From contig JAYEOX010000044.1 in assembly GCA_034723415.1 (NCBI GenBank), positions 1,998 through 19,325 on the forward strand: 17,328 bases of DNA, written 5' to 3'. Position 1 is the stretch's first letter. Each line of letters begins with the position of its first letter. The stretch comes from Fidelibacterota bacterium. GTDB taxonomy: Bacteria > Fidelibacterota > Fidelibacteria > Fidelibacterales > Fidelibacteraceae. Position numbers and translations under genes: made by a program. Below are positions 16,061-17,328 of the stretch, one piece after another. The notes beneath the pieces were generated by a model. That model was not told where the DNA came from. It ran no database searches and was given only the letters and a program-made list of their open reading frames with translations.

Positions 16061-17173
16061 TTACTTATCAACTATTGAATTAAAATATTTCCAATAATCT
16101 AAATGGAATTCATAACTTCCATCTTTTTCTAAAATTTTTCTGCAAGATATTTTTTTAGCATCATTTGGTGTAAGTTTAAATTGTTCATCATAACTATATA
16201 GAAAATGTTGTTCGGGATGAAACTGAACCGCGAATACATTTGAATATTTTTTGTGATATATTGCTTCCGGAACTTTTCCATCCATTGATGTAGCGAATAT
16301 TTTTAGATCTTTTCCGATATTTTTTATACTCTGGTGATGAACACTCAATACATTTGGTGTGAAATTTTTATTTAAGACAAATAATCTATTCTCCAATAAC
16401 TTTATTTTATGAAAATTTATCCAACTGACATCTCTTTCTGAATAAATCTGCCCCCAATAGTTGCGATGTTGTTTGTCTTTTTCTAATTCCAAAACATCTT
16501 CAACATACTGAATTCCATAAAGTTCAGAAGGGATATCCTGATACATTGTTCCGCCTGTAGCAACATTCATTGTTTGCATTCCAAGACAAAATCCATTCAC
16601 AATATATTCGTGATTTTTCTCAATCAATGGAATATAAGTCGTATCCTGAAAACCACCTAGAAGATGAAATAAAAATGATAATTCAAAATAATGCCTGTCA
16701 TAATCAGTAGTCACATTCAATAAATTTGTTTTTGATTTATAAACATTTGGTGGAAGGTCGTCGCCACCAAAAAATATTACACCAATCGTATTTTTAAATA
16801 TTTTCGTAAATTCGCTTGTGCTTTCATTTTCGACATACAAATTTTCACTTTCCAACTCATCATCAATTTGATAAAGTTTTATAAATGAATATTTTTTCTC
16901 TTTTATCAGCTTGATGACTTTCTGATATTCATAATTTTCATAAGAATTAAATATACCAATGAAATTCACATTATCAACATCAATAATTTTATTTTCAAGT
17001 AAAAATGCAATATGATTTACATTTTTAATTGTGGGATGAACTATAGCAATTTGATTAGCTGTTGAATCAAATATTGCATCATCAACTGTTTGAATTTCAT
17101 AATTTTTACTATTATCACAACTGCTGAATAGTAAAATAATTATAATAGAAAGTAATATCGTTATTTTTTTCAT
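16061..17173 (-). CDS. Lipoprotein, peptidase C26 / class I glutamine-amidotransferase-like (PuuD-like) hydrolase
   Basis: Lipobox LFSS-C; FFGGDD; nucleophile elbow GFCLGMQTMNVATGG; HHQ; QFHPE; SD GGAG. Confidence 0.88.
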   Translation of the reverse strand: MKKITILLSIIIILLFSSCDNSKNYEIQTVDDAIFDSTANQIAIVHPTIKNVNHIAFLLENKIIDVDNVNFIGIFNSYENYEYQKVIKLIKEKKYSFIKLYQIDDELESENLYVENESTSEFTKIFKNTIGVIFFGGDDLPPNVYKSKTNLLNVTTDYDRHYFELSFLFHLLGGFQDTTYIPLIEKNHEYIVNGFCLGMQTMNVATGGTMYQDIPSELYGIQYVEDVLELEKDKQHRNYWGQIYSERDVSWINFHKIKLLENRLFVLNKNFTPNVLSVHHQSIKNIGKDLKIFATSMDGKVPEAIYHKKYSNVFAVQFHPEQHFLYSYDEQFKLTPNDAKKISCRKILEKDGSYEFHLDYWKYFNSIVDK

Positions 17174-17279
17174 CTTTTCTCCATTTTGTTGTTTAAATTT
17201 ATGAAAAAAATTTACGAAATAATAATGTTTAATTTAATTACAAAAAAAGACATTAATAATTTTTAAAATCTGTGTTGCA

Positions 17280-17328
17280 TTGGACTAAAGCCCGGTTGTT
17301 GATTGCAATTTCTGATTTCTCGCAAAGA
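17280..17328. repeat. Start of a second repeat cluster, truncated by the window end
   Basis: TTGGACTAAAGCCCGG (17280-17295) is the reverse complement of CCGGGCTTTAGTCCAA, a 15/16 match to 5917-5932. ATTTCTCGCAAAG (17315-17327) is the exact reverse complement of 6082-6094. Confidence 0.75.

Overview
AT-rich (roughly 27-30% GC by eye) bacterial chromosomal segment, standard genetic code. Gene content suggests a diderm FCB-type organism (inference only). From left to right: a 5'-partial GT-B glycosyltransferase on the minus strand that the ORF track missed; tig-clpP-clpX; tRNA-Arg(CCG) and tRNA-Lys(CTT); a lipoprotein alpha/beta-hydrolase; a ~590-bp convergent intergenic region packed with several families of short palindromic repeats; a minus-strand ECF sigma / zinc anti-sigma with HEAT repeats / DUF4097 beta-helix / Omp85-like operon with a likely autoregulatory promoter; a plus-strand run of two-domain GT2, divergent ROK kinase, PSP1/RicT, coaE and a secreted metallophosphoesterase; and a convergent lipoprotein C26 glutamine-amidotransferase-like hydrolase. 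No transposase, integrase, CRISPR or defence gene was seen. The most notable signals are: (1) a two-hairpin REP-like unit present three times, with compensatory stem changes, nested among other repeat families that recur at the window end; (2) strong window-wide over-representation of CCGG; (3) the ECF operon ending in a POTRA-less Omp85-like barrel; (4) the GT2-ROK pair, possibly for cell-wall sugar salvage. Family assignments come from motif recognition, not database searches.
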